A stretch of DNA of 64,000 nt, from assembly GCF_009914755.1 (NCBI RefSeq), contig NC_060925.1; one strand, 5' to 3'. Below, piece after piece: positions 29,921 through 43,864 of the stretch. The notes beneath the pieces were generated by a model. That model did no database searches. It saw only the letters and a program-made list of their open reading frames with translations, and was not told the DNA's origin. This DNA is from the human T2T-CHM13v2.0 reference genome, Homo sapiens. Numbering within the stretch: position 1 is the first letter of the stretch; every line of letters begins with the position of its first letter. Position numbers and translations under genes: made by a program.

Positions 29921-30519
29921 CTCTTACTGAGAAGGGGAGGTCATCGCCTCTCCCCAAGCTGACTTATAGGACTGGAATCACGGGGCAGTGAACACCCAAA
30001 GCTTGAACGACTCCAACAAACCTCCCACCCCACCCCACCCCGCCCCACCCAGCCTTGGCAAAGGCAGAGCCAGCAGGGTCATGGACCAACAAAGCCAGAA
30101 GGACTTTGGGTCATCTAAACCAAGCTTTCACTTCACGTATGAGAAAACTGAGGTCCACAGTGGTGTGCGACTTGCCTAAGGTCACACAGCAAGTCTAGGG
30201 TAAACTTCAGTCCCGGCCATGGGGTCCTGGGAGTCCCCCTCCAGGTTGAGCCAGTCCCTTTGCCACTCCTTCCACCTGGGTGTAGACATGCCTTTAGCCA
30301 CTCACTCCAGGGACATCTGGCTTTACCGCCTCTCTGCTTCTCAGTTGGTCCATTCCTAGAAGGTTTGGGGAATGGAGTAAAAGGCCCATTTTTTCATAAC
30401 CACAGAGGTGTGGCAGAGAGTGGGGAAGGGAGAACCAAGGAAAACTGGTGTGAGATTATTGGAAAGTCAGGCAGTCTCTCTGTTTCCCATGAAGTTTCTA
30501 CTGCAGAATGGTCCTAATG

Positions 30520-30522
<3 letters not shown>

Positions 30523-30585
<63 letters not shown>

Positions 30586-30610
30586 GAGACAGAGAGACAG
30601 TGAGACAGAG
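30523..30610. repeat. (AG)n microsatellite grading into (GACA)n
   Basis: About 25 AG units, then gacagacagacagagagac. Confidence 0.95.
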
Positions 30611-30744
30611 CTGATGTTCCCATTTTGTAGGGAAGCTTTCAAGATGGTAGAGGAAGATCACACTGCAAGTCCACAATCTTTCCCTGCTCCCCATGGCCAC
30701 TACTCACAGCTGCCCTGCCACCTGCTTGCTACGCAGCTTGTATT

Positions 30745-30950
30745 ATTATTATTAACAATAGCTACCACTCATTGAGGACTTAGACAGCTCAGTACTGGAC
30801 CAAGTATTTACATATGCTTCTTGTTTAATCCTCATAAAAACCCTAAAATACCACCACTATTCTCATTCTGTTTTGACTACTTAGTAACTGAAGCTCTAAG
30901 ATATAAAGTAATTTGCTCAAGGTCACACAGCTAATAACCAGTAGAGCCAA
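30745..30950 (-). mobile_element. MIR
   Basis: aatagctaccactcattgag...tttaatcctcat...aatttgctcaaggtcacacagcta. Confidence 0.75.
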
Positions 30951-33057
30951 GGTCTCCTGGGGACTCCCCCTCCAGGGGTGTGCCTGGCTTTGAAATTCAT
31001 ATACAGTATTTGTCTCAATTTGTCTCGACTCTGGTGACAGAAGTGGGAGGGCAATGCATTGGGAATTCCTGGAGACCACCTGCTCCCATCACCCAGCCAA
31101 GCCCACTTCCTGGACTCAGACACCAGCCCAGAACTGCAGCCACAGAACTGTGGGGTTGCAAGGGCCTGAGAAGTTATCTAGTTCTACCTTCTCAATGTAC
31201 AGGCGAGGAAAGCAAGAAAGGGCCTTGCCCAAGGTCACACAAGGTCACAAAATTGGAGGCAGAGCCTGTAAATTAAACTCAGCTCTCTTGTCTCAAACTG
31301 GGACTCGTCCGCAACACCCTAATGCCCAGTAAGAAGTTATTGTCTCATCTCAACCGAAGACAGAACCAGAGTTCATCCAAAAAGGAGTTAGATTAGACTT
31401 TCCTATGGCAAGGACTGTCACATTGCACAGTGGGGTGCTCTAGGCTATTGTAGTGGAGATCTTTCTAAAACGAGACAATTCCTTCAGATCTTCCTTATCT
31501 GAGATGAATGCAGCCCTGTCTGGAGGTAGAGAGCAGACCGCATGACCTTGTGAGGTCCTTGACATCACCCTTTAACCTATAGTCATCTGTCTGTCACAGC
31601 CAACCTTTCTCTAGGAAAGAATCTGCCCTCTGCAAAGAGGATGTGTAATGCTGGAAAGCCGGCCTTTCTCCCCATCAGCTGGATTCTGAAAGTGGGGAGA
31701 GATGACCAATGAACAGGCTGAGGGTGTCACAGCCCTGCTACTTTGGGATGGGGGGTGCAGTAGGGGAGCTACAGTCTTCCCAGAGGATAGGTCATTCTAC
31801 CCAGCTAGGTCATTCTACCCCACCCCCATCCTTTCAGTGGGCAACACCTGCAGGGTGTTGGGACTGGGAGAAACCTCAGATACCTTAAATTCCAAACCCC
31901 ATTTTCCAGATGAAGATACTGAGGCCCAGAGTGGGTCAGTGAGTTGCCCAAGGTCATAGGACAGGTCAGAATGGAAGCTTTCGGACTCTCCCTGGGGCGC
32001 TGCGTTCACAGCTCCACTTTGACACCCCCTGCCCCGGAAGTGAGCACTGAACTCACTTAAGAGAGGCCAGTGACCAAAGGCAGCGATTCCCAGGTGCAGA
32101 GGCTCGGGCAGGCGTGCCCATGAGCTTGTCCCCCCGCGCGCCCTCCCCCACCTCGTCCCCATTCCTGTCTTGGGCACCATGCGCTCCATCATCCTGAGAT
32201 TCAGAGAGGTGCAGTAGCTTGTCCAAGGTCACACAGCAAACTGAGTAGGGCCCTCGTTTCCACTGCCCAGCTGCCCCCTCCCATCGCCCACCCGGGTCTC
32301 TGCAAGCTTGCCAGGATCCCCGCGAGCCTGCTTCCTCCAATGCACAGAGCCGTGGCGCGTGTCAAAGTGTGGGAAAGTTCCCGGGAGAGGAAGGGGTGGA
32401 AAATGCAGCCGCTCATCTCAACCCTGGACGGCTGCGGCAAGGCGGGGGCGCTCAGAAAGGCAGCCAGTCCTGCAAACCGCCAGTGCCTCCGGCACACCCC
32501 CCTCTGCGCCAGGGGCTCCCCAGTGTCGCGCGAGCATGGTCTTCCAGCTCCTCCTCAGCGAGGCAGGCGCTGCAGGGTCCCATGCGCCCCGCACCCACTT
32601 CTCTCCGCACGCCCACTTCATGCACCTCCCCGCGCCCTTCCCACGGCTTCTCTGCGGCGAGTCGCCTTCGCTTCACCGCAGGTCCCTGGTCCCAGCGCTA
32701 AGGCACCGCGGCTTCTCTCGCCTTCTCTCCGCTTTGGACCCGGGCTCTCCGCGGGGAGAGATAGGTTGGGGGCTAGGGGTTCCCGAAATAATTCAGGACA
32801 CCTCCCCCGGGTCTAGCCAGGTAATTCCGACGCCCATGGATTTCCGGATTACAGTTCCCACCGCGGGCTCAGTCCTACCTACTCTTAGTTTACCCCGCAG
32901 TGAGCACCAAGTCCCAAAAGTCGGAGTGTCACCGTTTGGCGACCCCGCGTCCGCCCACGCCTCAGGCCCTAGAGGTGGCCACTGTCGGTCGAGGCACGGC
33001 TTCGCTCGGGACTACTGGCTGCCCTCGTGGGGTGCCCCGCCTGGGGTTCCCTCTTAC

Positions 33058-33300
33058 CCTGGGACGTTCCGGGCGCGTTCAGCCTGAGCTGGTGGAGAGG
33101 GCGGGGGCGGGGGCGGGGGCGGGGACAGCTGGGGTCCCGAAGTCCAGGTCCCTCTTCCCACTTCCCCGCCGGCCCTGCCGCTGCGGCCCTCGCTCCCGCG
33201 CTCGCTCGCTCTCGAGTCTCTCCCTCTCTCTATTCTCTTCCTCTCTCTCTCTCTGCAGTAGTAACAACCTGATCCCGCTTCCCCCGCCCGCCTATTGATA
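33058..33300 (-). other. Probable non-coding first exon (5'UTR or lncRNA) of an unidentified minus-strand gene
   Basis: Minus strand reads gagagag...gagcgagcgagcgcgggagcgagggccgcagcgg...ggaacgtcccagg|GTAAGAG, with the donor GT at 33057-33056, inside the CpG island; the start site is approximate. Confidence 0.6.
33099..33124 (+). repeat. (GGGGGC)n tandem GC boxes, G-quadruplex-capable
   Basis: gggcgggggcgggggcgggggcgggg: five G-runs with 1-nt loops. Confidence 0.85.
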
Positions 33301-35999
33301 TGCTCCTCACATTCGCCTGCACACAGCGCGTGCGGCCCCTCCGAGGGCGATCCCCGCAAACCACGACGCAGGGCCCCCGCCCCAGGCAATCCCCGCTGCT
33401 GGGGAGGCTGCCTCCGCGCGCCCACGCCTCCCTTCTCCAGTCCGGACTGCCAGCGGAGGGGAAAATGGGCGACAGGAGAAGGGGAGGTGTGTGCGGGAGG
33501 GACTAGGCTGGGGGAGAGGGGTTTAAACTGGCGCGGTCCTACAGAAGTTTGAGGAGGGCGGGGCCGGCTCCGAGCCCCCGGAGCCCTACGGGACTCCCCC
33601 GATTCTGCCGAGGAGTCCCCGCCAGCTCCGTGCACTCCTGCAACACTCCCCACCCCACCCGCCAGCTCCGAGTTTACAGCCTCTCGGTTCGGGGGATTAG
33701 CTGGGGGAGGGGACCCCCTGGCTGTAGGGAATGGCCTGCGGGCAGGGGTGGGAGGGAAACGATTTGCTTCGGGAGATAAGGATGAAGGTTTTCCTGAGTC
33801 AAGGGAGAGAAGGGAGGGAGAAGAGAGATGGAACAAAAGGCAGATGCTGGAGGGGAAGGGGAGCTGGGGAGTTCGCCCCGAGGGCTCCGGCAGCCCGCGG
33901 TCCCCACCCTCAGTCTGTCCTGGAGGGTGAGGTAAAGGCTGGTGCCAGGGCTCTTCACGGGCCACTTGGGGAGGGGAGAAAGGGCGATGGAGGGGTACGG
34001 GTGTGGGGGAGAGGAGGAAGAGCGTCTGCTGGCACAGGACCCCTTGCCTGCTCCCAGACAGGAACCCAGCAGAAGGGCTCTGCCACGGACCCGACACCTC
34101 CCACCTCCACAACTCTGCTTTCTCCCACTTGGGAAAAGCGAGGCTGACACCCACGGTGAGCACCAGGAGGGGCAGGGAGGACCGAGAGCCTGGGCAGCAC
34201 TCCTGTGCCTCAGTGTCACCCTTGGGCCTCACCCTCAACCCCCAACCTCACCCGATAAGACCTCGGGGCCACAGCTCGCCAGGTGGAATTTCTGCTGCTG
34301 TCCGGCCATTAACCACCCCTGACCTTCCCAGCTCCACCCCATCCTCGCCCTCTCCCCTCAGCCTCTCCTTCACCCTCCATGCAGCTGCTTTCTGTTTGCC
34401 TTCCACTCTGCACACTCAGGACCAGGACTCGAGTTTGGGGTTTGACCCAGGAAGTGACATTCCTCATCCCCCAACCCACACACACAAAAATCCAGTGTGC
34501 ATGTGTGTTGGGGGGGGCAGTCACTCAGGGCTTTCCAGGGCTTCTCATCCCCACAGAGTCTGGGGAACCGGGAAATTCCCAATACCCGCAGTGAATCCCC
34601 CTTCTTCCCCTCCTCCAGGCATCCCCTGCCCCAGGACATAGACCTCACTCCCGAAGAAGCCGGGGACTGAAGTGCTGCAGCACCCGCTGCTCCTGGCCGG
34701 GCTGGAGCCTCTCTTCAGAAGGGCAGCAGCTCGCTTGTCACAGACCCTGGACTGCAGAAAAGCTGATTCAGGGATTTCCGGGCGGCTCCTCCTGTGGGGG
34801 AGTGTGCATCTGCATACCTGGGTGTTGGGAAGGGTGTGTGCGTGTGTTCATGTGTGGGCTGGGGGAGAGGACACATGCCTGAGCCCCTCTAGTCAGGTCT
34901 GCTGACCCCTCACTGTTCTTCAGATGGAAAGGGGGACCTGGGGTAAAGGGCTCAAGGTCAGATGCTCAGCAGGAGGGCACCAGGGGTTTCCCCCCACTCT
35001 GCTACACTCCCGTAACCTACCCCCACCTCGTCATCCCACACTGAGGAGGGGACCTGTCACCTGAGATGGGTGTGCGGGCTGAAGAGCAGTACCTGCTGCT
35101 CCTCTTCGGTTTCTCCCTGGGGAGAAAAGTGCTTCTGTTTTGAAATCTCCCCCAAACCTTCTTTTGCTAGGACGAGGGAGGATGGGACTCAAATTTCATT
35201 CAGCAGGCTGGATTCAGGTTCGACTTTGGGGTTTCCTGATGCTAAGGGTCTGGGGCAGCATCCTGCTTGACAGGGAAAGCTTATGCCTTCACGATTGGAA
35301 TGTAGTGCTGCTTAGATGAAAAGGGATGGATGAAATGACCCCCATGGTTCCTTCTGATAAAATGGACCAAGAGACGCCTGAGCCTTATGCAAAGCTGCCT
35401 CCAGTAAAATAAAGTCTAATTACAGAAAATAAAGCACTTCTGTAAGGTTATGTCTGCTCCTTCTGAAAATACTGTGTTTAATGTCTATACTGCCTCCAAT
35501 GTGCCCTTTCCCCTCTTGGGCGGAAGTGGAATTCTGATGGCATGTGGAAGGAGCAGGTGACATTTGCACAGGCAGCGGCTGGGCCAAAATGGGGGAGGAT
35601 GGGAACACAGTGGGTCCCTGGAGAAAACACAGCTGTGCTTCACTCAGAGCCCCCTCAGGCCCCAGAGAACCCTTCCCCTGATAGGGATGACAATGACAGC
35701 CTGATAATCTTAATTTCACTTGATTCTTATCAACTTTCCCAGGAGGCAGCAGGGCGAGGAAGGGATAATTCTTCACTCCACTGAGGCACAGGGAGCCCCC
35801 AAAGGGTGGATGACTCACCCAAGGTCCTGAGGTAGGTTAGGGCATGGAACTGGGTCTTGTGAGTCTACATGGGCTGGGTGCATATCTGGAGCTCCGCCCT
35901 CCTCCCCAGGTGCTCCTTAGGTCCTGACTGTCCATCCTACCCTGTCCTCTCCTTTCAGGCTTCATGCACCAGCATCTCTAGATGCAGCCCTTACCCACC

Positions 36000-36315
36000 T
36001 TCCAGCTTCACCTGGCACTGCCCACTCCCTCACTGTCTCCTTGCAGGGCCCAAAGGGCCATGCTCCTTCCTGCTGCAGAGCATTTGTACATGTTGTCCTC
36101 CACACCCCACTGCACCAGGCCAACCCCCTCCATCCTGCCAGTCCCAGTTCCCTGACCCCTCTCCCTGTGTGCCCTGTGCTTCTCCTCTGCAGCCCTCATC
36201 ACGCTTATCCTTCCTTGTTCTAGTCTCCCCACAACACTAGACTGTAAGCTCCAGGAGGGCAAGGACCCCTGCTCACCGAGCCTACTGGCCCGGAGTAGGC
36301 ACTCAGTAAACACCT
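36000..36315 (+). mobile_element. L2 3' end
   Basis: cactagactgtaagctccagggagggcaaggac...gtaggcactcagtaaa. Confidence 0.7.
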
Positions 36316-36319
36316 CAAA

Positions 36320-36510
36320 TCCTGCATCCTCAAATCCTCATGCTGCCTCTGTATGCTGTATGACTACAGGCAAATTGCATAACTTCTCTACGCCTCAACT
36401 TTCTCACCTGCGACATGGGGATTTTGATTATAAAACAGACTTTTTGTAAAGATTAACGGGATAATGTATATAGAGAGACTAGCGCAGTGCCATTCTTGGC
36501 ATAGCAGTGT
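36320..36510 (+). mobile_element. MIR
   Basis: caaatcctcatgctgcc...ggcaaattgcataacttctctacgcctcaactttctcacctg. Confidence 0.65.
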
Positions 36511-37714
36511 TGGCCTTGCTGGGGAAGACAGAGGGCTGAAGGAATAAGGGAAGGAGCATCTTACTCCACCCTCAGCCTTCTCCCCCAGGGTTCTAACTAT
36601 CCCTCCCCTTCCTGACCCCCAACTCTCTCTCCTCCGCAGCCCCACCTCACTTAGTGGCTCCTGAAATCCTAACTTCTCCCTCTAGGCTTCCTGGACAAGG
36701 TGGACAGCAGCTGAAGCCAGCTCATCCCCACTGAGGCTTTGCCTCTCCAGGTCTGCCGCCCAAGCACAGGATTCTCTGCACTGTCCCTGCGTTGGCCTCG
36801 AGTGTCAGCACAAACCCCAGGCCTGGAGCTGTGGTACAGGCATTGGCAGAGCCATGGTGGCCAGGGTAGGGTTGGGGAGACCTTACCCTCCTTCATGATC
36901 TCTATCAGCATCCTCCCCAAAGTCACCTCCAAATAAGTCCACAGACTAAAATAAAGGCCCCTTACCTCCCTTCCAATGAGATGGCAACTCCTAAGTCCCT
37001 CCTCTACAGAAACGCTGGAGCTGTCCTGGAACTCTGGGCTCTAAGCTAGCCCTGCAGGATCAGGCTCCTGTTGCCCATATGTTTCCAGGGCCCGTAGAGG
37101 GAAGGGTCATGTTAGGAAGAGGTGCCTCAAAGAGTACTTTTGCAGTCTCCTGGGCCAGCTTTCTGTGGCTGTTCAGGTGTCCTCCTTTCTCTCTGAGCGA
37201 TCTAGGCCTTAGTGAAGGCTGCTGCTTGGGAGGCTTCCCCCCCCAACCGTACTCCATGAGCACCCCCGACAGCTGAACCCTGCAACAGTAGCTGAGGCTA
37301 CCTGCCTGGGCAGTGTGGAGGCAGCCTTGCTGGAAACCTCACCCCTGCCCCCAGGCCCTAGCTGAATGAGGAGTGAGGGAGAAAGAGGGGAAGGGAGAGA
37401 AGAGGATGCTTGAGAAGCTGATGTAGTTCTTCACCTTGACTGAGTTCCCTCCCCACTTCAGACCTGTCCAAACAAAATAATGGCTCTCAGTTATTCCCTT
37501 CCAGAAACGAAGCAACTAGATTTCTGCAAAGAGCCTCTAAATCCTGCAGTCACTACCACGACCATCACTAGTGCTAAGAGAGACCCTCTCCCTGCTCCTC
37601 CTTCCCCCTCCTCCCTCCCCCTCCAAATCACTGAGCCATGGGAGCAGCAGCTCTTAGTGCTTGTATAGAGCCATAAGACATAGAATCATTGGATCTCACA
37701 GTAATTCTGAGCAT

Positions 37715-37955
37715 TAGCATGGATACCACGATGGTTCAAATACAGGCTCCGAAGCCAGTGGTGGGAGTAGAATCCTGGTTCTGCCACTTAGCAGCTGTGT
37801 GACCTTGGTCAAGGCACTTCACACCCTATGTCTCATCCATAAAATGGAACAGAAACAGTATTTACCTCATGCAATCATTGTGAATATTGCATGAGTTAAT
37901 ACATGTAAAAAACTTAGAACGTCATCTGGACATAATAAGGGCACAGTAAATGTTA
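37715..37955 (+). mobile_element. MIR
   Basis: gaatcctggttctgccacttagcagctgtgtgaccttgg...cataaaatgg...aaacttagaac. Confidence 0.85.
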
Positions 37956-37959
37956 GCTG

Positions 37960-38250
37960 TTTTGTTTGTCTGCTTATTTGTTTTGAGGCAGAGTCTCGCT
38001 CTGTTGCTAGAGTGCAGAGGTGTGATCTCGGCTCACCGCAACCTCCGCCTCCCAGGTTCAAGAGATTCTCATGCCTCAGCCTCCCAAGTAGTTGGGACTA
38101 CAGGCATGCACCACCATGCCTGGCTAATTTTTGTATTTTTTACTAGAGATGGGATTTCACCATGTTGGCCAGGCTGGTCTCGAACTCCTGACCTCAAGCG
38201 ATCTGCCCACCTTGGGCTTTCAAACTGCTGGGATTACAGGTGTGAGCCTG
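37960..38250 (-). mobile_element. AluS
   Basis: Antisense dimer gcagagtctcgctctgttg...gggattacaggtgtgagcc. Confidence 0.9.
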
Positions 38251-39169
38251 TAATTTACATTTTCTCTGCTTTGCAGGTGAGGAAACTAATAAAAAATACA
38301 TACTGGTTATTTAGTGCCTGCTATGGACCAGACAGTTTATATATGTTGCGTGGGGCAAGGCATCCAGGATGGGTTGCAGCTGAGACTGAGATGCATACCT
38401 CAAACCCAAGGCGTCTGCTGGCATCCATCTTCTGGAGTATGGATTTGCATCCACTGGGTTACCTGGGGGCTAAAGAGGAGTTCCCTGGGGGAAAAACTTG
38501 AACTGTGTTCACAGTCAGGCTCCAGACATATAGAGAGGTTTTTGGCAGTTGTTGAGTAGGGGTTATTGCCAAAAAGAAAGAATTAAGCTGACAAAACAAG
38601 CAAGTCTGCACAACAGGGCTTGAGGTCAGACAGAGAGACCCTCCAGCTTGGGCAGAGTGGCTGGCTCTTGACCTTGTCTGACCCAGTGATCCTGGGAAGA
38701 GGAGTGGCTGTGTGTAGAATGAAAGAGCTGTCTCAAGAGCAAGCTCACTAAATCTAACACTTCAAGGCCCAAGCAACCTGCTGTGAGACTCTGCCCCTCC
38801 AATGATCACATCATCTAGGGAGGGACTGTTCTCACTCTCTCTTTGAAAGAAGCCGCTGAGCAGCTAAGGCTGCAGAAGATTGAAAGCCTTGACAGACAGG
38901 CACATCAGCAGGAGGAGCAGGGCCCAGGCATCAGAGGCCATGCAGCAGCTTTGGACAGTGGCGGTGCTGGAGGAACTGGAGACACTGAAACCAGCATCAA
39001 GTGGCAGCCCAGACAGTATGAGCATGTGTACATGAGCTTTAGGGGTCTCCCAGATCATATGCTGGGATGAAGCAGATCTGGGGGAGGCAAGATTTCCTGC
39101 AAGAGCAAGTAGGTGCCTGGAGTTAATGAGATTCAAGTATTGAGATGATGATATTGATGAGGCTGACAG

Positions 39170-39400
39170 CAATGGTGATAGGAAGCACGAATTCATGCTT
39201 ACTATGTGCCAGGTACTATTTTAAGGGTTTCACATGAATTTATTTACTTCATACTTACAAAAACACTAGGAGAGAGGATTATTCTTATTTCTATTTTCAA
39301 GATGGGAAAACTGAGGTAAAGAGAAGTAAAATAACTTGTCCAAGGTCACACAGTTAGAAAAGGGAAGATGCAGGATCTGAACCTCATCATCGCCTCCTGA
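39170..39400 (-). mobile_element. MIR
   Basis: gcttactatgtgccagg...gatgggaaaactgagg...aacttgtccaaggtcacacag. Confidence 0.85.
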
Positions 39401-40111
39401 GGCCGCACTCCAAACCCCTGTGCCATATGCCTTGCCAATTGATACAGGTGCCTCCTTCCTCAGTCATAAACTGAACAGCATTGTAGACACTTGGATCCTA
39501 CCTCATCCCTGTAACTACTTTATGAAACTGGTGTTTGTCCCCATTTCACAGCTGGGAAAACTGAGGCCCCCAAAATGCAAATGACTTGCCCAAGTCTGCA
39601 TAGCTGGGAAGTGCCAGAGCCAGTATTCAAGCACTGGTCTGTGGAGGCGCTAAAACCCATCCACCTTCTGGGGAGTGATGTGACTTGCCCAAGACCACAC
39701 AGCCAACTTCAGTCTCCCAGGCTGCTGTCAATCCAGCTCCAGTCTTCCCTGCACAAAAGTACAGATCTTCTCCATCCCCTCCGTAAGGGCTTTTCCCGGA
39801 CATGGGGAGCGATTCCAAGTTCTCTCTAGACTCGAGCCAGACATGTAGGCCATCTAAGAACAGATGTTTGGCAGAGGGCCCCGGAAGAGGAAAAGGGAAT
39901 TGGGGCTGGGCTCAGAGGATCTTCCCAGAGAATCCAAGAAGCCCAAATAATCAACTCCCCTGTCTGCGGGTATGTAAACTGCAGCCTGAGGAACTCTACC
40001 TGAGTGAGCCCCGTGTTCCAGGTACTCCTGTCCACCTGTGAGCCGGGGTGTCCAGCCTGCCTGAGAGGACCCCAGAAAGGGTCATGTGCTTGCACGCAGT
40101 GACACTTCCAT

Positions 40112-40124
40112 TGCCACCTACTGG
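40112..40124 (-). promoter_or_regulatory. CTCF consensus motif
   Basis: tgccacctactgg = CCAGTAGGTGGCA on the minus strand, 13/13 match to CCASYAGRKGGCR. Confidence 0.55.
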
Positions 40125-40215
40125 TTGGGCACATATATAAGGGGCATAGCCTACGTGTACGTCTCTTCCAGAGTAGCTGGGTCTTTGGGGTCTGCCAAAC
40201 ATTTGTTTCATATGC

Positions 40216-41270
<1,055 letters not shown>

Positions 41271-41559
41271 ATGGAATTCATTGACTCATAAATCATACAG
41301 GAAAACTTGCTCTGAAGATGTTAAGAACCTCACACATGGCAGTGACTAGATTTGATTCCAGACTATTGGACTCAAATGCTGGTTCATTCTTTCCACCTCG
41401 GCACATTCCTATCTATCAATAGTTATTACCTCACAGCTAAGAAGCTACAAAAGGCTCCTAAACAATCTTTCTTTTTCCTAAAGCCTTCAGGTATAAGTTT
41501 CCATGCAGATATTATTCTACCCAGTTTACAGAAGAATATGTTTAAATAAGTCACACAGA

Positions 41560-41881
<322 letters not shown>

Positions 41882-43864
41882 TCATTCAACTATCTCTGGG
41901 AGAGTTGTTCCCTCTGCAGAGAGTTGGTGGTGGCTGATGCCAGTGGAAGGGGCCCGAGGAGCCGTGTGTGCATCTGTTGAGGGAACAGCCATCGTCCCTT
42001 TGCCTTGGGTGAGTGGCATCTGAGGATGGCTCCCTGGGGAGAAATAAACATATGTCAAGGGTTGTGGTGATGGCAGAAGAGGAACTCCTTGGGGTCATGC
42101 ATGGATCTGGGTTGGGGGTGACAAGGAGGGGTCAGTGGGTTCAGCCTCTGTCTTCACTGTTCTTCATCTCTCAGCTCCTCCTTTGAATTTGGGCACCTGC
42201 CTTTCTGCAGGAGGCCTGTCTCAGATCAACTTTAGTGCACCAATGTGTCTTCCCTACCTCCTGCATCCTTGACAGCAATGGAGTTAGTGCATGGTGACAG
42301 GAGCCAGTCCCCTGTGATGCAATGGCTGGAACCTGGGGACCAAAGCAGGAGGCAGCTTGCTGCTGGGCCCTCGCAACTTCTCTGCCCAGCAGGGTCACTT
42401 GAGGAGCTTAAAGGAAAGGTGCCCAGCCCCATCTCCCAGAGACTCCCTCAGCTATCCTGGGAGGGGGCCGGGCATCAGTCATTCTCCATGTAGCCAAGGG
42501 TGAGAGGACTGCTTCGGTGGAAAGACCCTGGCTTCAAAATCAGACCCAGAAACGTGGCTCTGCCTTGTGCTAACTGTGTGACTTGGATTAATTACTTAAA
42601 CTCTCTGAGCTCCAGATGAGCTCCAGTTTCCTTTTCTCAAGGAACATTCATCACCAATTCACCTAAGATAACCCATTTAAAGCACAGTGCCTAGAGCCTG
42701 AGTTGGCCTTTGATGCATATCATTTTCCTTCCCACCACCCACCCCCCCTTAGAGTTTGGATTTCCTCCTAACCTAGCCTTGCCTGCAAGTCCCCCAGCTC
42801 TGCATCCCATGGAAAGAATGCCCCTCCCTGATGGTGTAAGTTTTTCCTTGTCCTTTTGCATGAGCGGCTTGACATCTCAATGCCACTATTTTCATAGAAA
42901 ATCTCGATTGTCACTCTCTTCCTGCTGCACCCAGACAAAAGGCCCTTCTCCAAACGGCCCCACCTGATCACTCCAACTCTCATGCCTCTGTCCCCAACAC
43001 GGACCCCCCCTGAACCGTCCAGCCCATCTGCATCCTCATATCCCTGCATAGATTCATACTTAGATATATAGATTCACATGCTTACCTAGAGCACCTTTAG
43101 TTCTCCATCTCCTCACTCATCACCTCAGTTCTGACTGACTTGTCCTCACAGACACACAGCTCAGCATGTCACTACGCACTGGCTGGTACTGTTCTCCAGT
43201 CACTTTGCTTGTACTACCACAGGGGACTGGTCCCATACCTTGGCCGTTACCCCCACCCCCACCCAAAGCATCTAGCACAGTCTGGGCACATAGTAGATGC
43301 TTGCCTTAACTGCTGACCTCGTATGGGGGTCAGAAATAGACCAGAACCTGTATGCCCAAAGACCATCCCCAGAGATTGGGAATAGGGAATGGCGGTATCT
43401 CCAAGCCCACTCCCCACAAACACTGGCCTCATTTTCCAGACAGGGAAACAGAGACTGGGCGCTGGAGTCCCACGATGGAGGCAAGGTACCGCTGCATGCT
43501 TCTCTAGGGGAGCTATGCTGTGTGACTACATCGCCACAACCCGCTGGACCTCTGTGGGTCACCACAGTGATTTCTGCACCTCTTCTTTTCTTTCCTTGAA
43601 GAGGAGGTCCTGGTCAAGGAGGCTGGGAGCCTGGGTTCTGGGTCTGTCCCTAGAACTAACTTGCTGTGTGACCTTGACTAAGTTATCCTCTCTCTGGAGT
43701 GACATCCCTGGGGCCTGGAAAACTTATGTCTTGATCAGAAGGGTCAATGAGAGATGCAAAGTCTGAAGGTGGCCAGTGGGGCTTCAAGGGCCCTGGCAGC
43801 CTGCTTTCAGCCAGCCCTCCTCCCCAGGTCCCTCTACCCCTCCCACTCTAGGCCCCAAAAAGAG

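Larger units (their letters stand above)
32050..34300. promoter_or_regulatory. CpG island / promoter
   Basis: Abrupt rise in CpG density (cgcgcg, ccgcgg, gcgcgtgcgg) in an otherwise CpG-depleted window; multiple GGGCGG boxes; core ~32300-33750. Confidence 0.88.

Noticed and set aside
33058-33300. Assigning a gene symbol to the first exon
   Set aside because: No coding sequence in the window anchors an identity, and my recollection of candidate 5'UTRs is not reliable enough.
32308-34641. 259-, 394- and 212-aa ORFs across the CpG island
   Set aside because: High GC suppresses stop codons; the products are Pro/Arg/Gly-rich with no recognisable domain and overlap in several frames.
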